This document shows, piece after piece, positions 63,091-64,000 of a stretch of 64,000 nt of DNA. The DNA is from Octopus sinensis (lineage: Eukaryota). The notes below the pieces were generated by a model. That model had not been told where the DNA came from. It ran no database searches and saw only the letters and a program-made list of their open reading frames with translations. Both the position numbers and the translations under genes were made by a program. Each line of letters opens with the position of its first letter. Positions within the stretch are counted from its first letter, which is position 1. The stretch is from positions 19,542,464 through 19,606,463 of the forward strand of contig NC_043011.1 of assembly GCF_006345805.1 (NCBI RefSeq), read 5' to 3'.

Positions 63091-63626
63091 ATAGTGTATT
63101 AGTCCTTAGGCTCGTATTGCAGAAAAGGTTGCATGCATAAATATCAGCGTGCGGGAGGGTTTCTTGTATATACGTATATATGTGTGTGTGTGTGTATGTG
63201 TGTGTGTGTGTATGTGTGTGTGTGTGTATGTGTGTGTGTGTGTTTTTAACTTTTCTTTCTTCCAGTCATTAAACTGAAGCAATGGAAGAACAATGCCTTT
63301 AAATATGATAGTCAAACGCATTAATCTCCAGTATATACATTTTAAGCCATCTACTGTCGTTACGCTTCGCCGCATAGCCATGTTACGAAAAATTAAACAC
63401 ACCAACATCAATTGTGAGGTGGAGTTGTCGTGGAAGAAACACAGAAACAAACACACAAACACAAACACCCACACCACCCAAACATACACCCACACTGATA
63501 TATTCAAAGTCTGGTTAGCACGGGGCTATGTTAGAAGCTACTACTTACATTTGTCACGGACTGGGACTGAAACCAGAACCATGTTTTTGGAAAGCACGCT
63601 TCTTACCACACAGCGACGCCTACATG

Positions 63627-63690
<64 letters not shown>

Positions 63691-63723
63691 GGGGGGGGGG
63701 AGTATGTGTGTGTGTGTGTGAAA

Positions 63724-63915
63724 ATATAAGGGTAAATGATTATTAATTTTTTAAAAATCAACAATTATTACCGAGTAGTTTTCGCTATGGAAATAAAACC
63801 ATTATCGGTAGGAACCTTTACAAAAAGTTCTTTATGTATATGTATAAATAAATAGGGCAAGCAACAGGTTGCTTAGCCACATACCGAAAATTTAGAAATA
63901 GCAGTCAAAAACCGC
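63724..63915 (+). repeat. Single-arm relative of the 45124 fold-back family
   Basis: Shares ccacataccgaa.tttagaaatagcagt and the acc.agtag..ttcg segment. Confidence 0.6.
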
Positions 63916-64000
63916 TGATTTCCATTTTCCACAAATATAACTTCACATATAACATATACATGTAACTCACATATGTAAAAAGAAGGAAAAATAACGAAAA

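Overview
AT-rich eukaryotic DNA full of (TA)n/(TG)n microsatellites, with no host protein-coding exon I can support. The repeat families resemble those I recall from coleoid cephalopods (Octopus-like); this is inference, not a database result. Almost all recognisable sequence is transposon debris. DNA transposons: a near-full-length dead Buster-type hAT (~9.4-12.9 kb), several DD34D mariner and maT/DD37D relics, and non-autonomous Helitron-like elements. Retroelements: LINE fragments of CR1-, RTE- and R4/Dong-type, and many tRNA-derived SINEs. Three things stand out. (1) About a dozen minimal type I hammerhead-ribozyme-like motifs from several unrelated sequence families. Most sit in long fold-back structures that run into (TA)n tracts, including a near-perfect 462-bp palindrome with a complete hammerhead core in each arm. 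This fits non-autonomous Penelope-like (PLE) derivatives. (2) A ~1 kb, 73-bp-unit minisatellite in which a STAT/GAS-type motif repeatedly precedes an NF-kB-type motif. (3) A ~640-bp segment copied from 6 kb upstream into the middle of a TSD-flanked SINE through microhomologies. All calls were made by eye; coordinates of decayed elements are approximate.
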